Virus record (IMG/VR): IMGVR_UViG_3300025930_000141
Span: 16,712-80,711 of that record
DNA length: 64,000 nt
Source of the DNA: a virus
Reading direction: 5' to 3' (one strand)
Shown piece by piece: positions 1 through 10,086 of the stretch. The notes under the pieces were generated by a model. That model saw only the letters and a list, made by a program, of their open reading frames with translations. It made no database searches and had not been told where the DNA came from. A program made the position numbers and the translations under genes. Every line of letters begins with the position of its first letter. Positions within the stretch are counted from its first letter, which is position 1.

Positions 1-129
1 GTCGTCTGCTTAGCATGTCTACCGGGCATCAGGATTGTTACGTTAGGATACGGTTCCATGGAAAGGCTTTTTACTTTGCCGCCCATGGCATACGGTATCA
101 GGTTATTAAGTTCTTCGAATCGCATAATG

Positions 130-396
130 TCAATTCCATGTACTGCTAAAGCAGTTTCCTTCACACCCGGCAATCATCACAAGCAGATTGGGTCTGCCAG
201 CATAAATCGCGTTACCGTCGCTCAGGGGTCGGATTACGTCTTCTATCGCAAGCCCGAGAGCGGGGTCGGCCAGGTGTCTGGCAATATTGTAGTATGTTAC
301 CGATGCGTCGGATATATGGTTTATAATCACATTACCGAATTCTGTTCCATCTGCCGAACGCATCCATACATGGTAATGTGCCAATTTGGTTTTCAT
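130..396 (-). CDS. hypothetical protein
   Basis: ORF in the minus-strand gene run; start taken at MKTKLAH, which overlaps the upstream stop. Confidence 0.55.
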   Translation of the reverse strand: MKTKLAHYHVWMRSADGTEFGNVIINHISDASVTYYNIARHLADPALGLAIEDVIRPLSDGNAIYAGRPNLLVMIAGCEGNCFSSTWN

Positions 397-569
397 GCCG
401 GGACCTTGGCACCAATTTTCTCTAGGCCAGCGGCGTCCCAATCGAATACCCATCCTTGCGCGGCTAGGGCATCCTTAACTTCTGTTGCATGATGCCCACA
501 GAAGTTAAGTTCAAGGTCACCCTTGAAAACGCGCAGATAGGCTCGCTTGCGGCATCTGTCACACAACAT
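393..569 (-). CDS. small zinc-finger-like protein
   Basis: MLCDRC...FCGHH Cys/His pattern; RBS-like GAGGGG upstream. Confidence 0.6.
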   Translation of the reverse strand: MLCDRCRKRAYLRVFKGDLELNFCGHHATEVKDALAAQGWVFDWDAAGLEKIGAKVPA

Positions 570-573
570 TCTA

Positions 574-945
574 TCACACCCCTCTAGGCGGGTCAATGTC
601 CGGCGCGGCCCTGCGGGCAGCCTCATCGGCCTCTGCCTTAATCTTCTCTAATGCGATTAGATATTCAGTATTAAGTGTAGCATATTTGTCTCTGAGGTCG
701 TAATAGTCTTTACGCCATTTATCAACTTCGCTTTCGAGAGCCTTTACTTCTTCTCTAAGAGCAACAATTTCGATGCGCAATTCGTTTCTGATATTGGCCG
801 CTTCATCAATTCTAACCTTGGAGCGGCCAAGCCATACCTCCAATAGTTTTAGTCCGGTACCACCCAGGATGGTACCGATGAGCGCTAACCATGCCGGGTC
901 CACATGGATTGCCAGGGCTACGGGTATGAATATTAATACGGTCAT
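574..945 (-). CDS. membrane-anchored coiled-coil protein
   Basis: N-terminal hydrophobic segment followed by heptad-rich helix. Confidence 0.65.
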   Translation of the reverse strand: MTVLIFIPVALAIHVDPAWLALIGTILGGTGLKLLEVWLGRSKVRIDEAANIRNELRIEIVALREEVKALESEVDKWRKDYYDLRDKYATLNTEYLIALEKIKAEADEAARRAAPDIDPPRGV

Positions 946-1352
946 GCTTGACCCCGCTTAACAGCAGACCGTAGCACCAGGCATATCAGGCCCAGCGTTA
1001 GCGGAGCGAGCCATTGCAGCGGTATAGGACCAGCCACAATGAAGATAGCAATTACCTGATATAGTCTCGCCAAGAACAGCAGAAAGAACCCTGCCGAGCG
1101 GAACTGAGTCAGATTTCTATACAACCCGTAAAGGATTAGTATGGCCCCCACAGCCAGTACCGCCGCCCATAGCCAGGACATGGCCGCGCTCGTCAAAACC
1201 ATTGTAAGCGGGGTAGGGTGAATCGCCCTACCAATAGCATATAGTGGGGTAAAAAAGTATGCAGCACTGATTAGACTAGTCACGGCTATGACTGTTTCAA
1301 GCAATCGTAGCGGTGTACTATGAAATGTTCTAAATACTCCTGTGCCCTTCAT
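942..1352 (-). CDS. 4-TM membrane protein
   Basis: four hydrophobic segments; ATGA overlap with the next gene. Confidence 0.7.
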   Translation of the reverse strand: MKGTGVFRTFHSTPLRLLETVIAVTSLISAAYFFTPLYAIGRAIHPTPLTMVLTSAAMSWLWAAVLAVGAILILYGLYRNLTQFRSAGFFLLFLARLYQVIAIFIVAGPIPLQWLAPLTLGLICLVLRSAVKRGQA

Positions 1353-1390
1353 ATCCCCAATTTTAAACTACTACGGGCTCTAATGCGAAG

Positions 1391-1690
1391 TTATGTTTTA
1401 ACTAAGTCGGCGGCTAGAATATCTGGTCCCCAATAAGCGTGCTTCAAAAGGTATTGGTCTACCGCTTGGATGCCGTCGCGGCGTCCAACCAGTATAACTA
1501 ACCAACGAGGTTCCTTTTTGCCAATCATACAGGCACCGCACACAAACATTTCTAAGTCCGGTTTAAGTGCTGACTTACGACGGTGTAATTGTGCTTTGTG
1601 CTTCTGACAAACTGTGCAGGTCATTGTTACCTGCCCCGTGGTTTCAGTCATCGTCGTGGTCATCGTCTCCAACAATTTCGTATTCGTCAT
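1391..1690 (-). CDS. hypothetical Zn-binding protein
   Basis: CTVC...CGAC. Confidence 0.6.
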   Translation of the reverse strand: MTNTKLLETMTTTMTETTGQVTMTCTVCQKHKAQLHRRKSALKPDLEMFVCGACMIGKKEPRWLVILVGRRDGIQAVDQYLLKHAYWGPDILAADLVKT

Positions 1691-1806
1691 TTTCCAATTC
1701 TAGTTCAAAGCGCTGTCCCTCTTCGTCCCAATAGACGACGGAGTAAAAAGCGTTACGTTGAGAAAGTATAGCATACCTATGGTATGCGGGCAACCACACA
1801 ACTGTT

Positions 1807-2076
1807 TTAGGCACTGTCTCTCCTAGAGGGTTTCACCACCGGCCTGATTGGAATACCGTTCTTATTCAATTCTGCCAGGCCCATGAGCAGAACTTTTAGT
1901 TGTTCCTTTGCGTCACCACTGAATGAATCAATGTTGTCCTGGAACATTACAAACGTCAACGTTTGGTCATTCTCGTACACATCATAGTCAAAACCTCTGG
2001 GCCAGGGGCGGGTACGAATGTAATCACCCACAAGGTCATATAACGAAGGTGGCCCACCACTATATAAACTAGCCAA
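1807..2076 (-). CDS. hypothetical protein
   Basis: ORF coupled to the whiB-like gene. Confidence 0.6.
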   Translation of the reverse strand: MASLYSGGPPSLYDLVGDYIRTRPWPRGFDYDVYENDQTLTFVMFQDNIDSFSGDAKEQLKVLLMGLAELNKNGIPIRPVVKPSRRDSA

Positions 2077-2356
2077 TGTCTGCCCTAATCTGCTTCCAGA
2101 TATCTGGTGTTTTATGCTCGTTCTTCTGTGGGTCTATCTTCCCATTATTCAAGAACACTCCACCCCATGTTCCATATTCCCCGCCCTCGACCCCGGCCTG
2201 ATAGCACAGGGCTCTCACAGGACAGGATAAACATATTGAATCGGCTACCTTAGCCGTGCGAGGGTCGGTCTCGTATTCCTCAAACCACATGCCGGGGGTG
2301 AAGTGCTGGCACAGGGAGTAATCTTGCCAACGTACCTCTGTTGGCTCATCTGACAT
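2069..2356 (-). CDS. whiB: WhiB-family transcription factor
   Basis: C...C-x2-C-x5-C and GTWGG turn motif. Confidence 0.9.
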   Translation of the reverse strand: MSDEPTEVRWQDYSLCQHFTPGMWFEEYETDPRTAKVADSICLSCPVRALCYQAGVEGGEYGTWGGVFLNNGKIDPQKNEHKTPDIWKQIRADIG

Positions 2357-2567
2357 TTCGCTTATCTACTTTCCAGGTTCCGTCGTCGCCCACCGGGAAC
2401 CGGTTGGCGTATCCCCACTTGCCATTACGGTAGATACCCTTCTTCGAATAAATAGCCTTGGCTTGAGGGTTAAAGAAAACAATGGTGTACCCGTCCCAAA
2501 AGGCGTCAACTCCACGAGCGCGCTGGGTACGAACGAGGCGGTGCGCCTCACTAATGTTCAACTGCAT
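2346..2567 (-). CDS. hypothetical protein
   Basis: ORF with AAAGG RBS, overlapping whiB start. Confidence 0.6.
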   Translation of the reverse strand: MQLNISEAHRLVRTQRARGVDAFWDGYTIVFFNPQAKAIYSKKGIYRNGKWGYANRFPVGDDGTWKVDKRNVR

Positions 2568-2610
2568 GACATAGCCTTTCCAGTTATAGTCATTCTAGGC
2601 GGGGATGCGG

Positions 2611-2641
2611 GAGGGACGGTAACAAGTTACCGTCCCTCCCT
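2611..2641 (-). terminator. stem-loop, possible intrinsic terminator
   Basis: inverted repeat gagggacggtaac/gttaccgtccctc downstream of ORF 2663-2965. Confidence 0.5.
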
Positions 2642-2662
2642 ATGTTTGGTGCTACGCGATTA

Positions 2663-2965
2663 TCAGGCGGATGAGCCTGAGCCAGCGGCTCCACTTACAG
2701 TACGCATAAATGATGCGTCCTTGAAGTCGTTAGGCTGGTCACGCGCATTCTTGCGAGCCAACGATTCAACATCGGAACGTGCTGCGTATGCGTCCAGAGC
2801 AACATCATAGTTAATGAAAGAAGCCCGTAGTACGCCAGCGGCAGCGGCGTGCGCGGCGTTTTCAACGTCGTTGGCCTCAGGACCGAGGCCCTGTAGGTTA
2901 TCGCTAGCAGTCTTGGCGGTACCACGACCACCAACGACCATTGCGTCCAAATCTGACTGTGCCAT
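2663..2965 (-). CDS. hypothetical protein
   Basis: GGAGG RBS; followed by hairpin. Confidence 0.6.
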   Translation of the reverse strand: MAQSDLDAMVVGGRGTAKTASDNLQGLGPEANDVENAAHAAAAGVLRASFINYDVALDAYAARSDVESLARKNARDQPNDFKDASFMRTVSGAAGSGSSA

Positions 2966-3040
2966 ATTGTTTACCTCCCAGTTGTACTAGAATATGCTCT
3001 GTCACGAACAATACCATAGTATCTTGAGAGACATTTAATG

Positions 3041-3853
3041 TCAAATCAGATTGTGCAATAAGATACTGGTCCATTCAACCTTACCGGTTTTCAGGTCCAG
3101 CACCATGGCCGACCACATGTCATCGTTGCACTCAAGTCCGTAGGTGTAAACCCAGTGCGGGTCACCGTCCCGAGGAACGAGGTTTCCCCACTCGTACTTT
3201 TCATGCATGTGACCGTGGAAGTGGAAGTCCGGCCTAATACCGTCAATAACCCGGTCGACACGCTGCCGGTGAATCTGGCTGTCGATATCGGGCTTAAGCC
3301 GGTGACCGAACGGAGTGCGATTGGAGCAGTCGTGGGTTAGCAGGTAATCCACGTGAACACCATTACCGAACCGGGTAGCCAGAAGGGCGTCTACCTCAGC
3401 GTCGGTTAGTTGCTCGTCAGGGCTCCAAATACGCTTACCCTTGGTGCGCCGGTACTCTTCCCTGTAGTCCCTGTCAATTGACACGGCACCACCGGCCACC
3501 ACGAATTGTTTGCCGCCCCACATGAAGTCGTGGACCCGTGGAGACAGCAGCACATTGGAGGCGACGTATGCCCAGCCGTGAGCCTTAACAGGCCCGTGCT
3601 CGACAACGGCGTTCCACCACTCGTAGTTTTCGTGGTTACCAGGAATGGCAAAGACCTGGACATTATTGGCCTTAGCGTAATCGTTAATCTCTTCGATAAA
3701 CTTTAGGCCCTCCATGCCCCACCACAGACCGAAGTCACCGAGCACAACAATGCGCTCGATGCCACCAATCCGCTTTGCCACGTCAATCTTACGCTTAACA
3801 GTTAGGGCGTCTCCATGAGTGTCACCCACGAGCATGACCTTAATTAGACTCAC
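3041..3853 (-). CDS. calcineurin-like metallophosphoesterase
   Basis: GDTH, GDFG, GNHE, THD, GHMH motifs. Confidence 0.9.
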   Translation of the reverse strand: MSLIKVMLVGDTHGDALTVKRKIDVAKRIGGIERIVVLGDFGLWWGMEGLKFIEEINDYAKANNVQVFAIPGNHENYEWWNAVVEHGPVKAHGWAYVASNVLLSPRVHDFMWGGKQFVVAGGAVSIDRDYREEYRRTKGKRIWSPDEQLTDAEVDALLATRFGNGVHVDYLLTHDCSNRTPFGHRLKPDIDSQIHRQRVDRVIDGIRPDFHFHGHMHEKYEWGNLVPRDGDPHWVYTYGLECNDDMWSAMVLDLKTGKVEWTSILLHNLI

Positions 3854-4275
3854 CCCCTAAGGTAATTGATTGCTTTGTCCAACAGGTCAACAGAGTCTCG
3901 GAATTGTCCGAGCCCCCAATTACACGATTTACACAGCAGTCCCCGAACCTTGCGCGTCTCATGGCAATGGTCTAGGTGTGCTGTCAGGTAGTCTAGCGGA
4001 GCGGAACAGATTGCGCAAGCATGAGATTGTGCGTCAAGCATTCTGTTTACATCTTCTCGCGCGACACCGTATTTGTATTTTCTATTCGCAGATACTCTAA
4101 TTTCGGCTAGACGTGAGGGATTACTTGCGTATCTTGATTTGAACTTTAATAAGACACACGACTTACAATCTCCCCGCCGTCTTCCGACACTCTTGTCCGC
4201 AAAATCAAATTCTGTCTCGGGCTTTTCTAAATGGCAATAAGTACACTTCTTCATATGAGAATTGTACCACAGCAA
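3850..4275 (-). CDS. endonuclease VII-like HNH homing endonuclease
   Basis: CAIC...DHCH...VRGLLCKSCN. Confidence 0.88.
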   Translation of the reverse strand: MLWYNSHMKKCTYCHLEKPETEFDFADKSVGRRRGDCKSCVLLKFKSRYASNPSRLAEIRVSANRKYKYGVAREDVNRMLDAQSHACAICSAPLDYLTAHLDHCHETRKVRGLLCKSCNWGLGQFRDSVDLLDKAINYLRG

Positions 4276-4287
4276 TCTTCACAAACC

Positions 4288-4629
4288 TTAGTGGTTGAGT
4301 TGGCGGTCCAGAATTCTGTTCTCTTGTTCAAGTATCTTGGCAACCTGTAGCCGGTGCTCGGCTTCGGCAATCTCCCGCTGTCTGCGCTTAAGGTCCTTGT
4401 CCTCACGCTTCGGCAACTTGAACTTTAATCCCAGGTCACCTCGACAAGTCATAACTGCTAAAACGATTGGAAGAATCACCGGCCAGGCCAGACAAGTAAG
4501 TCCGGCAGCAGGTTCGGGCTCAAACATGCCGCAGCGACGACCATATGAGGCCATTACTTGATATGAAACTCCGGTCATAGCCAGATACAGCATAGAAGAG
4601 AATATCCAGATGAATGCCACCAGCATCAT
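4288..4629 (-). CDS. 2-TM membrane protein
   Basis: two hydrophobic helices plus charged tail. Confidence 0.6.
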   Translation of the reverse strand: MMLVAFIWIFSSMLYLAMTGVSYQVMASYGRRCGMFEPEPAAGLTCLAWPVILPIVLAVMTCRGDLGLKFKLPKREDKDLKRRQREIAEAEHRLQVAKILEQENRILDRQLNH

Positions 4630-4635
4630 GTGCTC

Positions 4636-5178
4636 CTACAGTACGAATTTATCGGTGAACTTATCGGCCAGACTGTACTTGAGACAGTCCTTTGCTGGAA
4701 CGAACCAGCCGTCGTCCAGGATTTCCTGGTCAATGTTTGGAATATTAGCGTATTTCTTGTAGTGTGCGACCGTTGACTTAAAGTAACGGTCCTTCCACTT
4801 ACGATACCGCTCGACCTGTTGCGGTGTGGACTCAAACGAAGCAATCTGTCCATAGTGGATAAGATGCTCTGCATTACGTCCGATGTACCGCTCGCCAGGC
4901 GAGCCGGTAATAGCAAGAATAGAACCAGCACTGAACGCCATATTGGGAACAATAGTTCGCACTATAACTCCGTTGGCCTTTGCTAGTTCTACCAGTTCTA
5001 CCAAGTGTCCTACCAAGTGAGCATAACCACCCATGGAATTAATCCACAGGTCAATATACCCCTCGGCGTGCTCGGCTTGCTTATTGATTTCTCTTGTGAA
5101 GGGAACAACAATTGACGCCTCTAGTTCGTCGTCAAAGTCCCCGATGAAAAAGGTGTTACCCTTATGACTTCCAGGCAT
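4636..5178 (-). CDS. ClpP-like protease
   Basis: INSMGG, AFSAG (catalytic Ser), LIH (catalytic His). Confidence 0.85.
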   Translation of the reverse strand: MPGSHKGNTFFIGDFDDELEASIVVPFTREINKQAEHAEGYIDLWINSMGGYAHLVGHLVELVELAKANGVIVRTIVPNMAFSAGSILAITGSPGERYIGRNAEHLIHYGQIASFESTPQQVERYRKWKDRYFKSTVAHYKKYANIPNIDQEILDDGWFVPAKDCLKYSLADKFTDKFVL

Positions 5179-5181
5179 GTA

Positions 5182-5367
5182 TTACTTTTCTGTTTTGTCA
5201 GCGGGGTCTAGATTGTGGTCCTTCATGATGCGCTGTACATCTTCTAAATCCTTGGACCGCTGACCCTTAGCGTGGAGTAGGCAGGCTAAAATCACTGCCT
5301 CTCCATAGTGCATTAATTCTTCGTCTCGTATGTAGGCTATCTGGTTCATACGCCAACCATTGTTCAT
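5182..5367 (-). CDS. hypothetical protein
   Basis: ORF downstream of promoter-like sequence; start uncertain. Confidence 0.45.
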   Translation of the reverse strand: MNNGWRMNQIAYIRDEELMHYGEAVILACLLHAKGQRSKDLEDVQRIMKDHNLDPADKTEK

Positions 5368-5419
5368 GTCAACCATTGTAGCAGAGCCGGGGTGGGTCTG
5401 TCCACCCCGGCTTTGCCGG

Positions 5420-6292
5420 TCAGCCGAACGGAGTATAGCCAGCCGGGACCGCCGCAGCAGCCTTGGCCTTAGTCTTATCCATGCTGAATACAATTGGCCC
5501 GTCGTCAGGCTTGGTTACTACCGCTAAGACCTCAAGGCGGCAGCACCGCATCTTGCGGCTGTCGTCGTTAGGGATAGAAACCACGTCGCGTGGGTTAACA
5601 CGAACCTTGACCTTAACGTTACCGCTGAATCCCTGTGCGAAGGTCCAGTCGCCCACGTGCAGTCCGGTCGAACAACCCTTATTGTGGTTGTCGTCACATT
5701 CCTTACGAGGCATGGTGACCACCGAGCCGACCGGGTACCTAACGTAGTCGTTAACTACCTCTACGCCGTCCACAAAAGCGTGGCCTTGGTGAGTCGAGCG
5801 GTAGACAGGGTTTTGCGGGTCAGTGTTGTCTGAATAAACAGACTTATACCCGATGATATAGCCCTCGTCGTCAATGGCGAATTCGTGCTTAGCCAGCCAG
5901 CGGTGCAAAGCCTCGCGGCTGTGAGCGCTCGGGTTGGTTTCTACCAATTCCCAGAACTTGACAATTGGCGAATAGTCGTCGGTGCCAGTCTTGATTACTC
6001 GTACTAGGTGGTCCGCGAGCGGACCGGTACGAACCTCTCCGTCGAAACGGATAAGTCCGTGGTCATAGGTGAAGCGCTCTGAGAGCACCATCAACTTAGC
6101 GGCTGCCGCACCGATTGGGTCAAACAGGTCGAACACCGACTTATCGTTGTTCTTTAGCAATTCTACAATCCGGTCCCAGTTAGGGTGGTTTGAGTCTGCC
6201 TGGTGCAGCGGCGAATCTGAATCAGGGTCAAGGGCGACTACAGAGTCAACCTTGTCTCCCCGATTAAAGATAAAGGAAATCTTTTCAGACAT
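5420..6292 (-). CDS. rIIB: rIIB-like protein
   Basis: NPS..., GYK, CSTGLHVG, VNPRDVVSIP, KMRCC; follows rIIA. Confidence 0.85.
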   Translation of the reverse strand: MSEKISFIFNRGDKVDSVVALDPDSDSPLHQADSNHPNWDRIVELLKNNDKSVFDLFDPIGAAAAKLMVLSERFTYDHGLIRFDGEVRTGPLADHLVRVIKTGTDDYSPIVKFWELVETNPSAHSREALHRWLAKHEFAIDDEGYIIGYKSVYSDNTDPQNPVYRSTHQGHAFVDGVEVVNDYVRYPVGSVVTMPRKECDDNHNKGCSTGLHVGDWTFAQGFSGNVKVKVRVNPRDVVSIPNDDSRKMRCCRLEVLAVVTKPDDGPIVFSMDKTKAKAAAAVPAGYTPFG

Positions 6293-8264
6293 TTCCTTCC
6301 TTTCTTGCTGCAATGGCAGCGTATTTTGCATTAATATAAATGTAAAGGTCTTCGGTATGACGAGCCCATCGGCCATAATTAATGCCGCTGAGTCCGTATT
6401 CTATGATGGGATACCGCTTCTCAACCTCGGTATACTCGGTATGAGATTCCAGTACCTTGAACTTAAGCCCCAACATCGAGGCCCGCTGTAGGTTCTTATC
6501 ATACCCGTCAGGCTTGACGATATCCGTTCTCTTGGATATCCTAATTAGGCGCTTAAAGTCCGGGTCATCAATCTTGGTTTCGTCATACTTGGCAAGCACA
6601 CGACGTTGACTCACGTCTAGACCGAAGTATTCTTTCTGCTCCCCATTGTACATGGATTCGCCGTCCAAGTCAACCTGTGTCTTGAAGTGTTGTATGATAT
6701 GGGTGGCATTGGGAAATGCCTTGGTGAAGGTATTGATTCGGTTATACGGAACAATTACCACGGAGTTGTCAAGGCCGAATTCAGCGGTAATTCTGTGCCA
6801 GTCACCGCGTCGCTCCCATTGCTTGATTTCGTCAAGGTGAGCCCAATACTTAGCCTTCTTTAATGGCTTTCCATATACCCGGCTGCCGTCAGGCTTGAAC
6901 AGGTCCCAGGACCCCTTGATGCGTCCAGCAGCACGAGCCACACGGGCAGGGGGCGGCGTCTGAGCCTTTAGGTCGTCCCAGGAAATTACCAGCGAGGGGT
7001 CAACCCACTCTGAATTCCACGAGGCGTCAGAGGTCGCGTAGACGACGTTGGGGAGCCTGCCTGTGGCCGGTCCATACTTGGTCAGCGCCCATGACTTGAG
7101 GCGTTCCTTTTGGTAAGAGCCAATAGAGTTTACTCCGGTGACAACCATAAAGTCCGAGTCCAGGTCAATGTGGCTCTTATGACGATGCTTGCCAATTTGC
7201 TCTACAGGATACCGGCGATAGTGCGTCTTCCACTCGTAGCCCTCAAACTCCAATTCGCCAGGAATCTTTTCACCCTTATAGGGAATGCGAACGCGGAGCA
7301 GGTTATACCACTTGCGAGAGAACTTCAACGCCTCCCACTTTGTCTTTGCGTGACCGACTTCCTTCTCGGCCAGGTTGCGGCGCTCAGTAATGTAACCATC
7401 CACAATAGTCTGAATAGTCTTCGTGGTCAGGTCGGTGTACTTAAGCGCTTCACGGGCCGGAACGAACTCTACGTCGCCAATGTTGACATAGGCAACAAAT
7501 GGCACATATGAGTCGTGGCTCGGGAATAGGCTGGACGGGTTGTTGACCGGATAAGGAACATTACCCATAACCACATAAGAGTCGCGGTCCACGGTATTGC
7601 GATAAAGATTCTTGCCCAGTTTGTTATCCTTATTGATGAAAGGATTCTCGACGGGACCACCATTGATGGTTACCGTTCCTTCCTCCCAGAACTTGTAAAA
7701 CCGGTAGGCGATGCGGTTAAACTCATCAACGTTTGAAACCGGAACCTCAACGGATACCCCGTCGCGCTCGTCGGTGACCCGAGAGATTACTTCCTTCAAG
7801 ACCATGCGACCATCGTCCTTGCGGGTGATGACCGCGTAAACCTTTTGGCCGTCCTTGACCGAGGTAACCGTGAACGAGTTTGTGTAGGCCAGAGCCGACT
7901 TACAACCATAACCCAGCAGACCGTTGGTGTCCTTGCTGGCGCGCTTATTGGACTTACCGAAAGAGGTGTAAAGTTCCTTCAACTCAGTTGAGGTTAGCCC
8001 GACACCGTGGTCGGTGACCCTAAAGAATGGGTGCAGGTCATCGGGGCTGGGCAGCGTCACATCAATAGGGTCTGTAATGCCTGCCATGATGTGGGAGTCC
8101 ATAGCATTTGTGCTATATTCTCTGATTACCGCCAGTGAGCGGTTGGAGTAAAGGTCCGACAGTGAATCCATGATAAGATGGAACGCTGTCGGGTCAATCG
8201 TAAACTCTACCTCTTCGCCGGGTAGGGTATCAATAACTTCGCCCTGGTGCTTGACCGGAATCAA
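6285..8264 (-). CDS. rIIA: rIIA-like protein (N-terminal GHKL ATPase)
   Basis: LYSN..IREYSTNAMDSH, DHGVG, GLLGYGCKS. Confidence 0.88.
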   Translation of the reverse strand: MIPVKHQGEVIDTLPGEEVEFTIDPTAFHLIMDSLSDLYSNRSLAVIREYSTNAMDSHIMAGITDPIDVTLPSPDDLHPFFRVTDHGVGLTSTELKELYTSFGKSNKRASKDTNGLLGYGCKSALAYTNSFTVTSVKDGQKVYAVITRKDDGRMVLKEVISRVTDERDGVSVEVPVSNVDEFNRIAYRFYKFWEEGTVTINGGPVENPFINKDNKLGKNLYRNTVDRDSYVVMGNVPYPVNNPSSLFPSHDSYVPFVAYVNIGDVEFVPAREALKYTDLTTKTIQTIVDGYITERRNLAEKEVGHAKTKWEALKFSRKWYNLLRVRIPYKGEKIPGELEFEGYEWKTHYRRYPVEQIGKHRHKSHIDLDSDFMVVTGVNSIGSYQKERLKSWALTKYGPATGRLPNVVYATSDASWNSEWVDPSLVISWDDLKAQTPPPARVARAAGRIKGSWDLFKPDGSRVYGKPLKKAKYWAHLDEIKQWERRGDWHRITAEFGLDNSVVIVPYNRINTFTKAFPNATHIIQHFKTQVDLDGESMYNGEQKEYFGLDVSQRRVLAKYDETKIDDPDFKRLIRISKRTDIVKPDGYDKNLQRASMLGLKFKVLESHTEYTEVEKRYPIIEYGLSGINYGRWARHTEDLYIYINAKYAAIAARKEGNV

Positions 8265-8267
8265 AGT

Positions 8268-8720
8268 TTAATCCTTTCGTTTAAGTCGTTCTATGTCTCG
8301 TCTAAAGTGATTCGGATTGACGTATTCCGTCTTGAACTTCCATCGTAGCCATAAACCACCCACTACGATAAAGCCTATCGCATTGCCGACCCACATTGTG
8401 GGGTCACCGGCATAGGCTATGAAATTAAGGATTGCTGCGAACAGGTAGCATAGGTAAACTGAGAACAGACCTCGACCCACGAGTTTACGGTTGCGTCGTA
8501 TTTTACCCCAAAACAGGGTGGCCCCCGAGGCAAAGATAATAAGTCCAATTATTGCCAGGGACAGGTGACTGGTATAAAGAGAATGCAACGCGCTAACCGA
8601 CGGGTCTCCATGACTAAAGACAGTAACAACACCGGCTAGCATCAGGTAGACAGCAATGAGATATTTAAACGCGCCTATGGCGCGCTCTGCCCATGCTTCA
8701 TAGGTTCTCTTCATAACCAT
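8268..8720 (-). CDS. 4-TM membrane protein
   Basis: four hydrophobic segments. Confidence 0.7.
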   Translation of the reverse strand: MVMKRTYEAWAERAIGAFKYLIAVYLMLAGVVTVFSHGDPSVSALHSLYTSHLSLAIIGLIIFASGATLFWGKIRRNRKLVGRGLFSVYLCYLFAAILNFIAYAGDPTMWVGNAIGFIVVGGLWLRWKFKTEYVNPNHFRRDIERLKRKD

Positions 8721-8753
8721 ATTGTATGACTAATTGTTCAACAAAGCAATGTG

Positions 8754-8827
8754 TGTCCGCGAAGGGATTTGAACCCTTACTGGATAGGCCCTCAACCTAT
8801 TGCCTCTACCTATTGGGCTACGCGAAC
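8754..8827 (-). tRNA. tRNA-Leu(GAG), short variable arm
   Basis: cloverleaf GTTCGCG/CGCGGAC, loop TT-GAG-GG, T-loop TTCAAAT. Confidence 0.9.
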
Positions 8828-9099
8828 GAACGGTCTAACTCTTCCTGGCTAACAATATCAGGATTGGCAATCCGTCTGACTATTTTAGACTTTACGAAAT
8901 ACATGTCACTGGGGTCACCGCAATGCTTTGCGTCCAATACCTCGGCCTCGGCGTGACCATAGTTTGTTTTCCAAACTAAGGTGTCACCAACGGAAACACC
9001 ACCACTGACCCAACAAGGTCCATAATAAGTGCCGTCGTCCTTAGCCTCAAAATAGTGGTTGTGTCCCCACCTTGTGGAACGAAAGTCAATTGTTCTCAT
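8818..9099 (-). CDS. hypothetical protein
   Basis: GAGG RBS, 93 aa ORF. Confidence 0.6.
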   Translation of the reverse strand: MRTIDFRSTRWGHNHYFEAKDDGTYYGPCWVSGGVSVGDTLVWKTNYGHAEAEVLDAKHCGDPSDMYFVKSKIVRRIANPDIVSQEELDRSFA

Positions 9100-9384
9100 A
9101 TCTTACCTCATGCATCCAGGGAACAATGTTATTAGCGGAGTATGGATTAAAGTATTCCAGTACCGGCCCGCACCATACACCCGGCTCGGCGTGACAGCGT
9201 GGACACTCTTTGGCTAATGCCTGTTCATGGTCACTCATAGCATTTCCACCTTGTCTACTGGGAAGCCCAGACGGTCCAGGGCATCCATGAATTCCTTAAC
9301 GTCAGCCTCGGGCACGGTCCGGTGGACCTGAGCCTCAAAGGCCGGTATTGTCCAGTAAATTGCGTACATGATTATTCCTTCTTG

Positions 9385-9469
9385 CGGAGAGCAGAGTATT
9401 CGAAACCCAGACCTTTCGGTCCAACTCGGCTAGCAACCGGTTCCTGCGCGCCTGTCAGGTTTGCTCTCC
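9385..9469 (-). tRNA. tRNA-Ser(GCT)
   Basis: GGAGAGC acceptor, long V arm, loop TT-GCT-AG, G73. Confidence 0.88.
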
Positions 9470-9656
9470 TGGTATGATTTCAATATCCCCGTAGATGAGG
9501 ATATTGATTGTTCTGTCATTTACTCGTTCATAAGTATATCCGTGAACCTGTGGGTAATCGGTCATGAGTCTATCCATGACCTCTTCAACAAAGGCGTCGT
9601 CGTCAAGGTCACGGTTATTATGTGTTTTTACCCTTAGTAAACAATGCTGCATAACG

Positions 9657-9730
9657 TTGGCGGTACTGGATTTGAACCAGCGACCTCATCCGTGTCGAGG
9701 ATGCATTCTGCCAGACTGAACTAACCGCCA
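9657..9730 (-). tRNA. tRNA-Val(GAC)
   Basis: cloverleaf; loop TC-GAC-AC. Confidence 0.9.
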
Positions 9731-9870
9731 GGGTTGCGGTACGAAGACTGGTTAAGTTCTTTACCGCGCCGGTAACCTTTATACCGAAATTTAGTGGAGT
9801 CTCTAACCCCGTCTCCACAAGGGCCAGATGTTGGGAGGCTCTGAAACCTCTTAGGCCACCACAGCCCAAG
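9731..9870 (-). ncRNA. structured spacer RNA (multi-hairpin)
   Basis: four consecutive hairpins filling the Leu-Val spacer; no credible ORF. Confidence 0.5.
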
Positions 9871-9944
9871 TGCCCCTAGTGGGATTCGAACCCACGACAC
9901 CTTGATTTTAAGTCAAGTTCCTCTAGCCGCTGGGATATAGGGGC
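9871..9944 (-). tRNA. tRNA-Leu(TAA), short variable arm
   Basis: GCCCCTA/TAGGGGC; loop CT-TAA-AA. Confidence 0.9.
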
Positions 9945-10011
9945 ATTGAACCGTGTGAGCATTGAGGCCGGTATCCACGCCCCTCACTACGCCGCTAAGC
10001 GTATACACTTG

Positions 10012-10086
10012 TACCCTCGGTGGGAGTTGAACCCTACTGTCGTCACGTTATAAGCGTGCTGCATTTACCACTCATGCTACGAGGGC
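10012..10086 (-). tRNA. tRNA-Ile(TAT)
   Basis: GCCCTCG/CGAGGGT; loop CT-TAT-AA. Confidence 0.8.
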
